A stretch of DNA of 64,000 bases from an uncultured Gemmatimonadales bacterium (lineage in GTDB: Bacteria; Gemmatimonadota; Gemmatimonadetes; Longimicrobiales; RSA9). A model generated the notes under the pieces. That model was given only the letters and a program-made list of their open reading frames with translations, did no database searches and had not been told where the DNA came from. The translations under genes were made by a program, and so were the position numbers. Positions 9,717-20,537 of this stretch are shown piece by piece (within the stretch, counting starts at the first letter, position 1; the number at the start of each line of letters is the position of its first letter). The DNA is taken from assembly GCA_963798845.1 (NCBI GenBank), contig CAWCUS010000006.1:448001-512000 (forward strand), read 5' to 3'.

Positions 9717-9827
9717 GATCTCTCCAGCTGGAGAGATCACCCGTCACCGTCGGTTGGCGTAACCGTCTGGCGGACTTGTGTTTACGCAGCCGCAAACTGT
9801 CCCGGATCTCTCCACCTGGAGAGAATC
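9717..9827. repeat. Pair of 22/23-bp palindromes 88 bp apart, flanking a GCGTAA-N19-TTACGC inverted repeat
   Basis: GATCTCTCCAGCTGGAGAGATC (9717-9738, perfect) and GATCTCTCCACCTGGAGAGAATC (9805-9827). Inner inverted repeat at 9757-9787. Confidence 0.8.
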
Positions 9828-9871
9828 GGCGGTGTGGCATGCCAGACGCGCGTCGGTCCCCGGCGCCAGGA

Positions 9872-10831
9872 TCAGCGGGCGGCGCCAGCCGAGTCTCCGG
9901 CGGTGAGCAGGCTGAGCGGATCCACGGTGATGCGGCCGTAGCGCACGATCCAGTGCAGGTGCGGTCCGGTTGCGCGGCCGGTGGCGCCGACACGGCCGAT
10001 GACCTGCCCGGCTTGGACCGTGTCGCCGGTGGCGACGAGCTGCTCGCTCAGGTGGAGGTAGGCGGTGACCAGCCCGCCGCCATGATCCACGTAGATCACG
10101 TTTCCGCCCAGGTAGAACCGGTCGACCAGCGCCACCACGCCTCTCGCGGCCGCCCTTACCGGCGCGCCCACGGCGCCGGCGAAGTCGGTGCCCATGTGTC
10201 GGCTGGTGACCTGGCCGTTGAACGTCCGGCCATCGCCGAATCCGCTGGTGATGCGGCCGTCGCGCGGGGGCAGCACGGGTGCGCTCCAGAGGCGGGGTGT
10301 GGCGTGGGAACGCTCCGATAGGGCGTACGCGCGCTGCGCCTCGTCGTGCATCCGGGCCTGCAGCGCCGAATCCGGGGGCTCCCCATAGCGGGGCGCCACC
10401 TGGAGCGCTTCCATCCGGTACGCTCCCCGGCGGACCGGGACGGCCATGGTCATGGAGTCGAGGGCGTCGTCGTTCCAGCGGGCGACGAGGGGGAGGCCGA
10501 GCTCACCGGCGCTGTCGATCGGTGCGGCGGCGAGCGCGACGAACTCGCCGGGCCTCGTCTCGCGGAAGTGGAGCGGCTCGCCTGCGAATCGGCCGCTGAT
10601 CTCGACGATCTGGTCGGCGCGGTCGGCGTTGACGACGATGCGGAAGAGCCGACCCTGGACGGGATCCGGCGGCTCCCAGCGGGCATCGATGCAGGGCACC
10701 TGCGCCGCGCCGGAGCGAGTCGCCGCGACGTCAACCGCGAGCGCACCGGCCGCGGGCAGGACGCCACCGCGGGCAACGGCGGCGGCGAGCGCCAAAGCGT
10801 GCGCGGCGTTGCGGCGGTGCGGCAATGCCAC
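9872..10831 (-). CDS. M23-family metallopeptidase
   Basis: C-terminal part of ORF 9872..13606. HMGTDF, AYLHLS and TGPHLHW motifs. Start is GTG 10831 or TTG 10825. Confidence 0.88.
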   Translation of the reverse strand: MALPHRRNAAHALALAAAVARGGVLPAAGALAVDVAATRSGAAQVPCIDARWEPPDPVQGRLFRIVVNADRADQIVEISGRFAGEPLHFRETRPGEFVALAAAPIDSAGELGLPLVARWNDDALDSMTMAVPVRRGAYRMEALQVAPRYGEPPDSALQARMHDEAQRAYALSERSHATPRLWSAPVLPPRDGRITSGFGDGRTFNGQVTSRHMGTDFAGAVGAPVRAAARGVVALVDRFYLGGNVIYVDHGGGLVTAYLHLSEQLVATGDTVQAGQVIGRVGATGRATGPHLHWIVRYGRITVDPLSLLTAGDSAGAAR

Positions 10832-10839
10832 CTCCGGTG

Positions 10840-13186
10840 CTAGCGGTCGGGCAGGTGGGCGAGGGCGTCCAGGATGATCCCGGGCGTCAGGAGCTGCGGC
10901 AGCACGCGAGGCGCGGCGTCCGGGTCTGCGGGGTAGAGCACGTAGAGCGGCACGCCCACGCGTCCGAACGACGCCAGCGCCTCCGTGATCTCCGGATCGC
11001 GGCGCGTCCAGTCCGCCCGGACCAGGGCCACGTTTGCGTCGGCGAACGCGCGTCGCACCGGCTCGGTATCCAGGGCCACCCGCTCGTTGACCTGGCAGCT
11101 GATGCACCAGGCTGCCGTGAAGTCGAGGAAGACGGGGCGTCCGGCCGCCCGCTCGGCGGCCACGACGTCGGGCGTGAAGGGAGTCCACGCGGCGTCGGCC
11201 GCGCTCGCTCCGCCGGGGAGGTCGGGGTAGCGAACGCCCCGGGCGGCGGCCATGACCGCGGTCGCGAGGGCGAGGAGGGCGAGGCCGCGGGTCACGAACC
11301 GGCTGCGGCGAGGGATCGTGGAGGCGGGCCAACGGCCCACGAGCCACGCGGCCACGGTCAGCAGGAGGAGTCCGAACAGCAGCCTGGCCGCCCCACCGAT
11401 ACCCACCTGGAGACCGAACACCCAGACCAGCCAGATGGCGACTGCGAACATGGGGAAGGAGAGGAACTGCTTGAAGGTCTCCATCCAGCGTCCCGGCCGG
11501 GGCAGCCGGCCGGCGAGGGCGGGCCAGAAGGAAAGCACGACGAACGGGGCCGCCATCCCGGCGCCGAGCGCCGCGAAGATGCCGAGCGCCTCGGGCGCGG
11601 GGCGGATCAGGGCGGCGCCCACGGCAGCACCCATGAACGGCGCCGTGCACGGTGTGGCGACCACGGTCGCCAGCACGCCGGTGAGGAAGGAGGCGGCGGC
11701 GCCTTCTCCCTGGCCGACGCCGCCGAGCCGTGTCAGCGACGCACCGAGCTCCACCACGCCGGCCAGCCAGAGGCCGATTCCGAACATGAGCGCGGCCAGC
11801 AGGGCCACCACGGTCGGACTCTGGAGCTGGTAGCCCCACCCGACCTGCGCCCCGCCGGCTCGCACGACCATCAGGATCCCTGCCACCAGCAGGAACATGA
11901 CGATGACGCCCGCCCCGAAAGCCAGGCCGTCCCGGCGCATCCCCTCGCGATCGCCGCCGCGGCTCGCGAACGCCAGCGCCTTCAGCGACAGGATCGGGAA
12001 GACGCACGGCATCAGGTTGAGGATCACGCCGCCGAGGAAAGCGAACACGAGGGCGACGACCAGCGACAGCGACGCACCGGCCGACGCGCCGGCGACGCGC
12101 GCCGCCGGCGGCGCCTTCGGCTCCTCCCGCCGCCGTCCCGTTCGCATCGTCGGGCGCCTTTCGCCCTGCGGCGACGCCGACCAATGCGGCCTCGAGCGGA
12201 CGGACGTGCTCCGCGGCCCATGCCACGCCGCCCCGCTGCACCGGCACCGCGACCTCGAGACCGTGGTGCCCGGCCGTGTCCACCGCGACGCCCGCCGGAA
12301 AGGCCAGGACGCCCGTGAGCACATCCGGCTCCTCGGGCAGGTACTCCGATTGCGTCAGCCGGAGCCGCAGCTCCCCGTTCGCCTCGCCCAGCGGCTGTTG
12401 CGCCACGTGGCTGAGCTGCGTGGGGTCGTTGGGGAAGAAATACGCGCGCTCCGGATCCCCGTTCCAACCGGCCGGCGGTCGGGCGGCCAGCACGAACCCG
12501 CCGTCCACCCGCGCCGCCCGGAAGCTCCAGCCGGAATCATCCGCGGGGAGGCGGGAGCGGAACGCGGCGATGAGTGCGGAATCGCCCGACGGCGAGGCCG
12601 ACCCCGCCACCGCGACGGGGAGCGCCAGCGACACGGTGGTGCTGGCGGGGATGCAAACGTCGGCGCAGACCAGGAAGTCCACGGCGGCGGAAAGCTGAAC
12701 GGACGGACTGCCGACGTCGGCGGGCGGGGTGATCCGGGCGAGGAGCACCACCTCGTCCTGGTACCCGTAGTTCATGAGCGGCGGGTACGGTATGCGCTCG
12801 GGAATCGGGTACTGGAGCGAGTCCGCGGTGAAGCCGGGCGGGAGGCGCCAGGCCACGACGGCGCCGTTCCCCGCGTCGCCGGCGTTCTTCCAGTACGTGT
12901 GCCACCCCGCGTCCAGCGTGATGCGCAGCCCGACGGTGAACGGCTCCCCCGGACGCACGGCCGCGACGTCGCTGATCAGGCGGGCATCGCTGTGCGGGGT
13001 GGGGTCGTCCTGCTGGAATCGCGGCGACGGCGATGCGGGCGCCGAAGCGCCAGCGGGCGCCGGCGGCGCCGGTGCCGCCGCGCCCAGCCCGAGCGCGGCG
13101 GCCAGGAGCAGCGCCGCGCGCGGCCAGGCCGCCCGCCGGACCGCCGAGCCATGCCCGTTGCGCCGCCCCTTCACGCTCGCATTCAT
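10840..13186 (-). CDS. dsbD: DsbD-family thiol:disulfide interchange protein, frameshift near 12097
   Basis: N-terminal GWHTYWKNAGDAG and VCADVCIP in one frame. LNLMPCVFPILSLK, ATPCTAPFMG and WCISC thioredoxin in ORF 10840..12324. Confidence 0.88.
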
Positions 13187-13361
13187 CTCGACTGCCTCAT
13201 CCCGCTGCGCCAGCTCCCGGAGTAGTGGTTCCCGGGAAACGCTCCGCCCAATGATCGCGCGTTCCGCCGGGCCGTGCCACCCCGCTCCGCCGCGGCGTGT
13301 GCAAGACCGGCGCTCTCGTTCGTCCCCCCACTCCGGAGACCCGAACCGGAGGACAGTACCC

Positions 13362-15621
13362 ATGTGCACCACGAAGAGGTTCACACGCGCGCTTCGACGC
13401 TCGCTGCTGCTCGCGGCGGCCGGCGTCCTTCTCGGCTTCGCGGCGGCGACGCCGGGTGCGGCCCAGGGCTGGATCGAGCCGCTGCCGGGCGGCCCCGCGC
13501 TGGTCCGGCTGCGCAGCGACGTGCGGGTCACGGTGACAGGCAGGGTGGCGGAAGTCGCCGTGGAGGAGTGGTTCCAGAATCGCGGCGGCGGTCTCGCCGA
13601 GGGCACGTACCTCTATCCGCTCCCCGGGGAGGCGGTGTTCTCGAACTTCAGCCTGTACCAGGGGGACCGCGAGCTGCGCGGCGAGACCATGGATGCCGGC
13701 CAGGCCCGGGGCATCTACGAGGCCATCGTCCGCAAGCGACGGGACCCGGCCCTCATCGAGCTCGCCGGCCACGGCCTCATCCGCGCCCGCGTCTTCCCCA
13801 TCGAGCCCGGCCAGACGCGCCGCATCACGCTTGCGCTACACCCAGGTGCTCGAGCGCGCCGGGGACGCCGTCCAGTTCCGCTACGCCGCGGGCATGGCCG
13901 GCCAGCCAGCCCCGACGCCCGTTCCCGTCCCGGTGCGCCGATCCGGCGCCGCCACCGACGCGGGCGGCGACGCGCCGCTCCGCTTCACCCTCGAGGCAGC
14001 CGACTCGCTCTTCGACCGGCCCTTCTCGCCGACGCACGAGCTGCGGGTGGAGCACCTCCATGGGCGGCTCAGGGTGACACCGGCGCACGACCTGACCGGC
14101 GACTTCACGGTCTTCCTCCCGCTCCGCCGCCCCGGCGTGGGAATCACGCTGGTGGCCCATCGTCCATCGGGCGAGGCCGGGTATTTCATGCTCACGCTCT
14201 CGCCGGGCGCCGCGGATGGCGAGGGTGAGCCGCGCGACGTCACGGCCGTCGTGGACGTATCCGGCTCCATGTCGGGCGAGAAGCTGGAGCAGACGAAGGA
14301 CGCGCTGCGCCAGCTCCTCGGGTCGCTCGGCGGCAACGACCGCTTCCGCCTCATCGCGTTCAGCAGCGGGATCCGGACGAGCTCGGCCGAATGGACGCGC
14401 GCGGACGCCGGCGGGATCGGGGAAGCGCGGAGGTGGGTGGACGGCCTGCAGGCGGACGGCGGTACCAACATCGCCGGCGCCCTGGAGGAAGCGTTCCGCC
14501 TCTCGTCCCCCGACGGACGGCTGCCGATCGTGCTGTTCCTGACCGACGGCCTGCCCACCGTCGGCGAGCGTGACCCGGAGCGGATCGCCGCCGACGCGGA
14601 GGCCGGGCGGGGGAGGGCGAGGGTGTTCGCGTTCGGCGTCGGCTACGACGTGAACACGTACCTCCTCGATCGCCTGAGCGCCGCGGCGCGGGGCAGCACC
14701 GCGTACGTGGAGCCCGGGGAGGACGTGGAGCGGGCGGTGTCGGATCTGGCCGCGAAGGTCACGCACCCGGTGCTCACGGATCTCGAGCTCGCCGGCGCCC
14801 CGGTCCGGTTCACGGAGGTCTACCCCCGAACGCTCCCGGACCTCTTCGCCGGTGAGGAGCTGGTCCTGTTCGGCCGGTACGAGGGAAACGGCAGCGGGGC
14901 GCTGCGGATCCGAGGCCGCCGGGCCGGGCGGTGGGAGCAGTTCGGCGTGGACGCCTCGTTCCCCGACCACTCGGACTCCAACGACTACATCGCCCGCCTG
15001 TGGGCGGCGCGCAAGCTGGGCGAGCTCACCCGGACCGCGCGCCTCGAAGGAGCGACGCCGGCGCGGGTCGAGGAGATCCGCCAGACAGCGCTCCGCTACG
15101 GGCTGCTGAGCGAGTACACGTCCTACCTGGTGCAGGAGCCGCCCACGGTCGCCGACGGTCGTGCCTCGCCCGCCAACGCGGCCAACGCGTTCGGGGGCGG
15201 ACGCGTCGCGCTCGAGTCCATGGTGGTCACGGGACAGGCGGCTGTGAAGGCGTCCGAGACGGCCAGGCTGCGGCGCGAGGTTGCGTCGGCGAAGACCCTC
15301 GCGGACGCGGAGGACGCCATGTCCTCGCGGCTGGGTGGCGCAGGCCTCCGGGTCGTGGCCGGCCGGAGCTTCCGGCTGGACGGCTCCGTTTGGAAGGAGG
15401 TCCGGCCCGCTGGAGACTCGACGCGCGTGGTGGAGGTCCGGCTCTTCAGCCCGGCGTACTTCGAGCTGCTGCGCGCCGCACCCGAGCTCAGGCCGATCGT
15501 GAAGGAGCTGGAGCGGGCGGAGATCGCCGGTGCGGACGTGGTCTTCCGCTTCGGCGACGAGGGGCTGGTGCAGCTGACCACCCGCGAAGCCGCGCGGCTG
15601 GTGCGGGCCTTCCGCGGCTGA
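13362..15621 (+). CDS. Exported VIT + vWA domain protein, +1 frameshift near 13831
   Basis: GGAGGA RBS and signal peptide. VIT motifs (EGTYLYPLP, RRDPALIE, FPIEPG). vWA MIDAS DVSGSM, GGTNI and FLTDG. Confidence 0.88.
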
Positions 15622-15661
15622 AGAGGTACTGCGCGCCGCCACGACGTCGTAAACTGGAGCC

Positions 15662-16165
15662 ATGACCGTAGACTGGGCGAACGTGTACCGGCAATCCTTC
15701 CCGGACCTGGTCCGGTACCTCTACCGCAAGGTGTGGGACGCCGAGCGGGCGCGGGACCTGGCGCAGGAAGCGTTCGCCCGGTCGCTGGGGCGGGAGCCGG
15801 ACGACCCGCGAGGCTGGGTATTCACGGTGGCCGCCAACCTGGCCCGGGACGAAGCGCGCACCGATATCCGGCGGCGACGACACCTGGTGCTGGTCCGGGC
15901 CGAGCTGGAGACGGATCCGGTACCCGCAGACCCGCTGGGCCAACTGGAGGCCCGGGAATCGGCCGAGCAGGCGAGGGCCGCGCTCGAGCGTCTCGGCGAA
16001 CGCGACCGCGAGGTGCTGCTCCTCTGGGATGCAGGGATGAGCTATCGCGACATCGCGCAGCGGACGGGCTTGGCCCAGGGGGCCGTCGGCACCACGCTGG
16101 CCCGAGCGCGGAAACGGCTGGTGGAAGCATACGAAGCGGAGACGACCAATGCCGCACGTGGATGA
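15662..16165 (+). CDS. ECF-family RNA polymerase sigma factor
   Basis: DLAQEAF, WVFTVAANLARD and region 4 GMSYRDIA...GAVGTTLARARKRL. Confidence 0.92.
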   Translation: MTVDWANVYRQSFPDLVRYLYRKVWDAERARDLAQEAFARSLGREPDDPRGWVFTVAANLARDEARTDIRRRRHLVLVRAELETDPVPADPLGQLEARESAEQARAALERLGERDREVLLLWDAGMSYRDIAQRTGLAQGAVGTTLARARKRLVEAYEAETTNAARG

Positions 16166-17351
16166 CGGGACGCTGCACGCGCTGCTGGACGGCGCGCTGG
16201 ATTCCGGCGATCGGGACCGCGCCGCCGCCGTCCGGGCGCACCTCGCCTCGTGTGGGGACTGCGCCGCGCGGCTCGACCAGGAAGCTGCGCTGCGGGACCG
16301 CGCCGCCTCAGTGCTGGGCGCGCTCGAGCCCGAGGCCGTCCGGCCGGACTTCGACGAGGTCCTGATCCGGGCGGCCCGGGACACCGACGCCCCGGCAGGC
16401 ACCGGAAAAGAGCCGGCCGGGCGCGGCCACGTACCCGCGCGCTGGAGCCGATCCCTCGCCTGGGCCGCCACCGTGGTCGTGGCGCTGGGCACCGGCTATC
16501 TCATGGGCCAGCGCTTCGGCTTCCCCGCTCCGGGGCAGGCGCCCCGGATCTCCGGGCCCGCGGCGCGGGCCGCGACGGAATCCGCGCCAGCCGGCACCGG
16601 ACAGAGCCAGAAGGCGGGCACCCGCGCGGACGTGCAGACCGAAGCCCTGCCGCTCGCGAGCCGCCCGGCCACGTCGGCGAGCGGGGGAGCGGCGGCGAAC
16701 GCGGAGAATGGCGCGCCCGCCCCGGTGGCGGAGGACCGCGCGGTGGCGGCGAGGACGGCGTCGCCCGCCGGACAGGAGGCCGGGACGGCGTCGCCCGCCG
16801 AACAGGAGGCCGGGGCGGCGTCGCCCCAGCGCGTTCCGGCGCTGCCGGAGTCCGCGCCGGAACGCCGAGAGGCGCTCGCCGCGCTATCGGACGCGCAGAA
16901 GGCCATGCCGGATTCGGCGAGCCCTTCCATCGCGGGAAGCGTGCAGCTGAACGCGATCGTGGTCACCGGGATGGGCGCCCGGACGGAAGGGGACGCGGGG
17001 TCGTGGCGGCCGGTGGACCGTGGGGAAGCGGCGCACCGGCTGGGCGGCCACCTGCTCCGGCTGCCCGGAGCGGAACTGGGTGCGCTCGACGCGCTCGGCG
17101 ACGCACCGGCCGCACCCGTGCGGAGCGCGCAGCGGCTGCCGTCGGGCGTCGTGGTCACCGTAACGCAGTTCCCGGTGAGCTGGGCCGAGGACGAAGCAGA
17201 CTCCCTGTCCGCCCCCGCGCGCGAAGGCGGGACTGCCGGCGAAACCCGCGTCGTGCTCAGCCGCGAGGACGGGATCACGCTCGTGCTCGCCGGTCCCCTG
17301 TCCCTCGAGCAGCTGCTCCGGCTCGGGCGAGCGGCCGGTCCGATCGACTAG
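16149..17351 (+). CDS. Membrane-anchored zinc-finger (HxxxCxxC) anti-sigma factor
   Basis: HLASCGDC, one TM segment (LAWAATVVVALGTGYLM); overlaps the sigma gene. Confidence 0.85.
   Translation: MPHVDDGTLHALLDGALDSGDRDRAAAVRAHLASCGDCAARLDQEAALRDRAASVLGALEPEAVRPDFDEVLIRAARDTDAPAGTGKEPAGRGHVPARWSRSLAWAATVVVALGTGYLMGQRFGFPAPGQAPRISGPAARAATESAPAGTGQSQKAGTRADVQTEALPLASRPATSASGGAAANAENGAPAPVAEDRAVAARTASPAGQEAGTASPAEQEAGAASPQRVPALPESAPERREALAALSDAQKAMPDSASPSIAGSVQLNAIVVTGMGARTEGDAGSWRPVDRGEAAHRLGGHLLRLPGAELGALDALGDAPAAPVRSAQRLPSGVVVTVTQFPVSWAEDEADSLSAPAREGGTAGETRVVLSREDGITLVLAGPLSLEQLLRLGRAAGPID
16753..16826 (+). repeat. ~2.5 x 30-bp coding repeat (TASPAxQEAG) in the anti-sigma linker
   Basis: ggacggcgtcgcccgccg(g/a)acaggaggccg repeated. 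Confidence 0.8.
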
Positions 17352-17379
17352 GGCGGCGGCGATCCTCCGGCCCCGACGC

Positions 17380-18576
17380 TCACTCCTCCAGCAGGCGCCC
17401 GGGTCGGATGGCGTCCGGCCCGAAGCGCTCGCGGACGCGATCGGTGGCGCGGGAGAGGCGGCGGTCCCTGTCGCTTTCGAGCGGGCGGGTATCGGGGTCG
17501 TCGAAGAGGACCAGCTGGGTCGGGTCGTCGTGCTCGGAGAAATGAGACACGCCCACGCCGAGGAGGCGCGCCCCAATGCGCCGGCGGCGGCGCAGTGTGG
17601 CGAGAAGATCGAGCGCTACGCCGAGGATGGCGCGGTCCGATTCGAGCGGCTGCTCGACGGTACGGCTGGCGGTGCGGCTGCGGAAGTCCGCGTCCTTGAT
17701 CTTCACGGTCACCGTGCGGGCGCGCAGGGCCTGTCGCCGCAGGTCGGCGGCCACGTGCATGGCCAGCGCCATGAGCTCCCGCTCCATCTCCTCGTCACGG
17801 TGGAGGTCGCGCGGAAAGGTCTCCTCCCGCGACATGGACTTCGCCGGGGCGTCCGGATCGAGGACGTCGCTGGCGCGGCCGCGGATCCGCTCGAACAGCC
17901 AGGCTCCGCGGCCGGATCCGATCATCCCCTCGAGCTCGGCCTCGGTGAGGGTGAGCGCGTCCTTCACCCGGATGAGCCCCATGGCGCGGAGGCGCTCCAC
18001 CAGAACGGGGCCGACTCCCGGGATCTCGCCGAGGCCGAACCCCTCGAGGAAGGACGCCTCGCCGCCTTCCTCCACCACGTGCACCCCCGCCGGCTTGGCG
18101 CGCTCGGCCGCCAGCTTCGCCACCATCCGGTTCGTGCCGCCGCCGATCGAGACCGTGACCTCCGTCTCCGCCTTGACCGCCGCCTGGATGCGGAGCGCGG
18201 TCTCGCGCAGCGACTCGCCATGGTACAACGACTCCGTGCCCGTCAGGTCCAGGAACGCTTCGTCCACCGACGCGGCCTCCATGACCGGTGCGAAGCGGGC
18301 GAGAACGTCGCGCACTTCGCGCGACTTCCTGCTGCACATGTCCCGCGGCACGGGCACCACGGTGGCCTGCGGGCAGAGCCGCAGCGCCCGGGCGGTGGGC
18401 ATGGCGGAGCGGCAGCCGTAGGCGCGCGCCTCGTACGACGCGGACGTGACGACTCCCCGGCCGTCGGGCGCGCCGCCGACCAGCAGCAGCGGCTCCCGGC
18501 CAGCGCCCTCGGGATCCGCAAGGCGGGCGCACTGGACGAAGAACTGGTCGCAGTCCACCAGGAGGAGGCGCTTCAT
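17380..18576 (-). CDS. dinB: DNA polymerase IV
   Basis: LLVDCDQFF, SASYEARAYG, SVDEAFLD and AKPAG Y-family motifs. Confidence 0.93.
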   Translation of the reverse strand: MKRLLLVDCDQFFVQCARLADPEGAGREPLLLVGGAPDGRGVVTSASYEARAYGCRSAMPTARALRLCPQATVVPVPRDMCSRKSREVRDVLARFAPVMEAASVDEAFLDLTGTESLYHGESLRETALRIQAAVKAETEVTVSIGGGTNRMVAKLAAERAKPAGVHVVEEGGEASFLEGFGLGEIPGVGPVLVERLRAMGLIRVKDALTLTEAELEGMIGSGRGAWLFERIRGRASDVLDPDAPAKSMSREETFPRDLHRDEEMERELMALAMHVAADLRRQALRARTVTVKIKDADFRSRTASRTVEQPLESDRAILGVALDLLATLRRRRRIGARLLGVGVSHFSEHDDPTQLVLFDDPDTRPLESDRDRRLSRATDRVRERFGPDAIRPGRLLEE

Positions 18577-18687
18577 GGGGTGGAAGCTACGCGGCGCCTC
18601 CGACTCGGGGTAGCGGGGCCGAGGCCGTGGCTCGACGGCGGACCGGAGGGCGCGGCGAGCTGCCCGCACCCTCCTCGCCCCCACCGC

Positions 18688-20355
18688 TCAGAACAGGCCG
18701 ACGATCGTCCCGTCCGGCTCCACGTGCATGCGCTCGGCCGCGGGGTTCGCCCCCAGCCCCGGCATCGTCATGATGTCGCCGGTCTTGGCGACCACGAAGC
18801 CGGCGCCCGCCGATGGCGTCACTTCCCGCACCGTGATCCGGAAGCCCCTGGGCCGCCCCAGCTTCGTCGGGTCATCCGAGAAGGAGTACTGGGTCTTCGC
18901 CATGCAGATCGGGACCTCGCGGAGGCCGATGGCTTCCAGCTGCGCGATCTCGTTCCTCGCCGACGGGAGGAAGTCCACGCCGTCGGCGCCGTAGATCTCT
19001 GTCGCGATCGTTTCCATCTTCTCCGCCAGTCCCATGCCGAGCGGATAGAGGGGCTGGAAGTCCGCCTCGCCGGAGTCGGCCACCTCCACCACCATGTCCG
19101 CGAGCTCCAGGCAGCCCTCGCCGCCCCGGCCCCACGGATCCGCCTCCACCGCACGCACGCCCCACTCCCTGGCGGCCTCCAGCACCGCGGCGACCTCGGC
19201 GTCCGTGTCCGCAGAGAACCGGTTCAGCGCCACCACCGGCGGCACCCCGTGCCTGGCGACGTTCCTCACGTGCGCCTCGAGGTTCTCCAGACCGCGCTTG
19301 AGCGCCCCGACGTTCTCCTTTTCCAGCTCGTTCTTCGGCACGCCGCCGTGCATCTTCATGGCACGCACCGTGGCGACCACCACCGCCACGGCCGGCTTCA
19401 GCCCGCCGACGCGGCTCTTGATGTTGAAGAACTTCTCCGCGCCGAGATCGGCGCCGAATCCCGCCTCCGTGACCACGTAGTCGCCCAGCTGGAGCGCCGT
19501 CTTCGTCGCCACCAGCGAGTTGCATCCGTGGGCGATGTTGCCGAACGGACCGGCGTGGATCAGCGTGGGCGTGCCGCCCAGCGTCTGTACGAGGTTCGGC
19601 GCCATGGCATCCTTCATGAGGAGCGTCATGGCTCCCGCCGCTTTCAGGTCCCTCGCTCTCACCGGCTGCTTCTCGCGGGTGAAGCCGACGATGATGTCGC
19701 CGAAGCGCTTCTCCAGGTCCTTCAGCCCCGAGGCGAGCGCGAAGATCGCCATGATCTCCGACGCCGCCGTGATCACGAAATGATCCTCCCGGGTCGTGCC
19801 GCCGTTGATCCCGCCGACGCCGATGACCACGTTCCGCAGCGCCCGGTCGTTCATGTCGACGGTGCGGGGCCAGGTGATCCGGCGGGAGTCGATCCCCAGC
19901 GAGTTCGGCCGCCACAGGTGGTTGTCCAGCATGGCCGACAGGAGGGCGTGCGCCGACGTCACCGCGTGGAAGTCACCGGTGAAGTGCAGGTTGATGTCCG
20001 CCATGGGCACGACCTGGGCGTAGCCACCGCCCGCCGCCCCGCCCTTGATCCCGAAGACCGGGCCGAGGCTGGGCTCGCGCAGCGTCAGCATCGGGTTCTT
20101 CGAGCGAAGGCTCAGCGCGTCGGCCAGCCCCACCGCCGTCGTGGACTTCCCCTCGCCCGCCGGTGTCGGGTTGATCCCGGCCACCAGGATCAGCTTGCCC
20201 CGCGCCGCGGCGCCGCGCTGCGAGATGTCGAGCGGGATCTTCGCCTTGTACCGCCCGTACGGGATGATGTCCTCCGCCGACAGCCCGATCTTCCCCGCTA
20301 TCTCCGTGATCGGCCGCAGCTCCGCTGCCTGGGCGATCTCGATATCCGTCTGCAT
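18688..20355 (-). CDS. fhs: Formate--tetrahydrofolate ligase
   Basis: PTPAGEGKST, GIKGGAAGGGYAQV, HAGPFGNIAHG and MAKTQYSFSD. Confidence 0.97.
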   Translation of the reverse strand: MQTDIEIAQAAELRPITEIAGKIGLSAEDIIPYGRYKAKIPLDISQRGAAARGKLILVAGINPTPAGEGKSTTAVGLADALSLRSKNPMLTLREPSLGPVFGIKGGAAGGGYAQVVPMADINLHFTGDFHAVTSAHALLSAMLDNHLWRPNSLGIDSRRITWPRTVDMNDRALRNVVIGVGGINGGTTREDHFVITAASEIMAIFALASGLKDLEKRFGDIIVGFTREKQPVRARDLKAAGAMTLLMKDAMAPNLVQTLGGTPTLIHAGPFGNIAHGCNSLVATKTALQLGDYVVTEAGFGADLGAEKFFNIKSRVGGLKPAVAVVVATVRAMKMHGGVPKNELEKENVGALKRGLENLEAHVRNVARHGVPPVVALNRFSADTDAEVAAVLEAAREWGVRAVEADPWGRGGEGCLELADMVVEVADSGEADFQPLYPLGMGLAEKMETIATEIYGADGVDFLPSARNEIAQLEAIGLREVPICMAKTQYSFSDDPTKLGRPRGFRITVREVTPSAGAGFVVAKTGDIMTMPGLGANPAAERMHVEPDGTIVGLF

Positions 20356-20410
20356 GCGCAGCTTCTCCCCTCATGGTCCATCCATCCACACCGGTCGATG
20401 CGGCGCGCGA

Positions 20411-20439
20411 AGCGTGGCCCGGCCGGTCGCGGGTGTCAA
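20411..20439 (-). promoter_or_regulatory. Putative sigma70 promoter of fhs
   Basis: Minus strand TTGACA-N17-CACGCT; the -10 match is weak. Confidence 0.4.
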
Positions 20440-20537
20440 GTCGGGAAATGTCCGAAAGTGCGCTCGCGCCGCTGGCCCCCCGCCCCTTCTCCGAGGCGGG
20501 CGCTATCGCGGCGGGAGCGTGGGGAGGGGGTGCTGTG

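Noticed and set aside
5202..9740. Apparent 1512-aa DPP-IV/M1 aminopeptidase fusion
   Set aside because: One extra base near 7195 hides the S9 stop at 7100-7102, and the M1 part has its own start and signal peptide.
9534..9827. CRISPR array from the 35-bp repeats or the palindrome pair
   Set aside because: The 35-bp units have no spacers. The palindrome has only two copies with a 66-nt gap, and there are no cas genes.
3843..9941. 2032-aa + strand ORF and similar long ORFs (197..1957, 17530..20694, 29468..31606, 59056..60951)
   Set aside because: Antisense shadows of real genes in high-GC DNA, with no recognisable motifs.
13234..13325. ECF autoregulatory promoter upstream of the VIT-vWA gene (GGAAAC...CGTT or GCAAGA...CGTC)
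   Set aside because: Spacing is atypical or ambiguous and there is no second instance to support a consensus.
9872..13606. Apparent 1244-aa DsbD-N/M23 fusion
   Set aside because: The middle is off-frame Arg/Pro-rich text caused by the dsbD frameshift; these are two separate genes.
20356..20537. ZTP or THF riboswitch upstream of fhs
   Set aside because: I could not see the conserved aptamer motifs, and the putative promoter leaves only a short leader. An Rfam scan would settle it.
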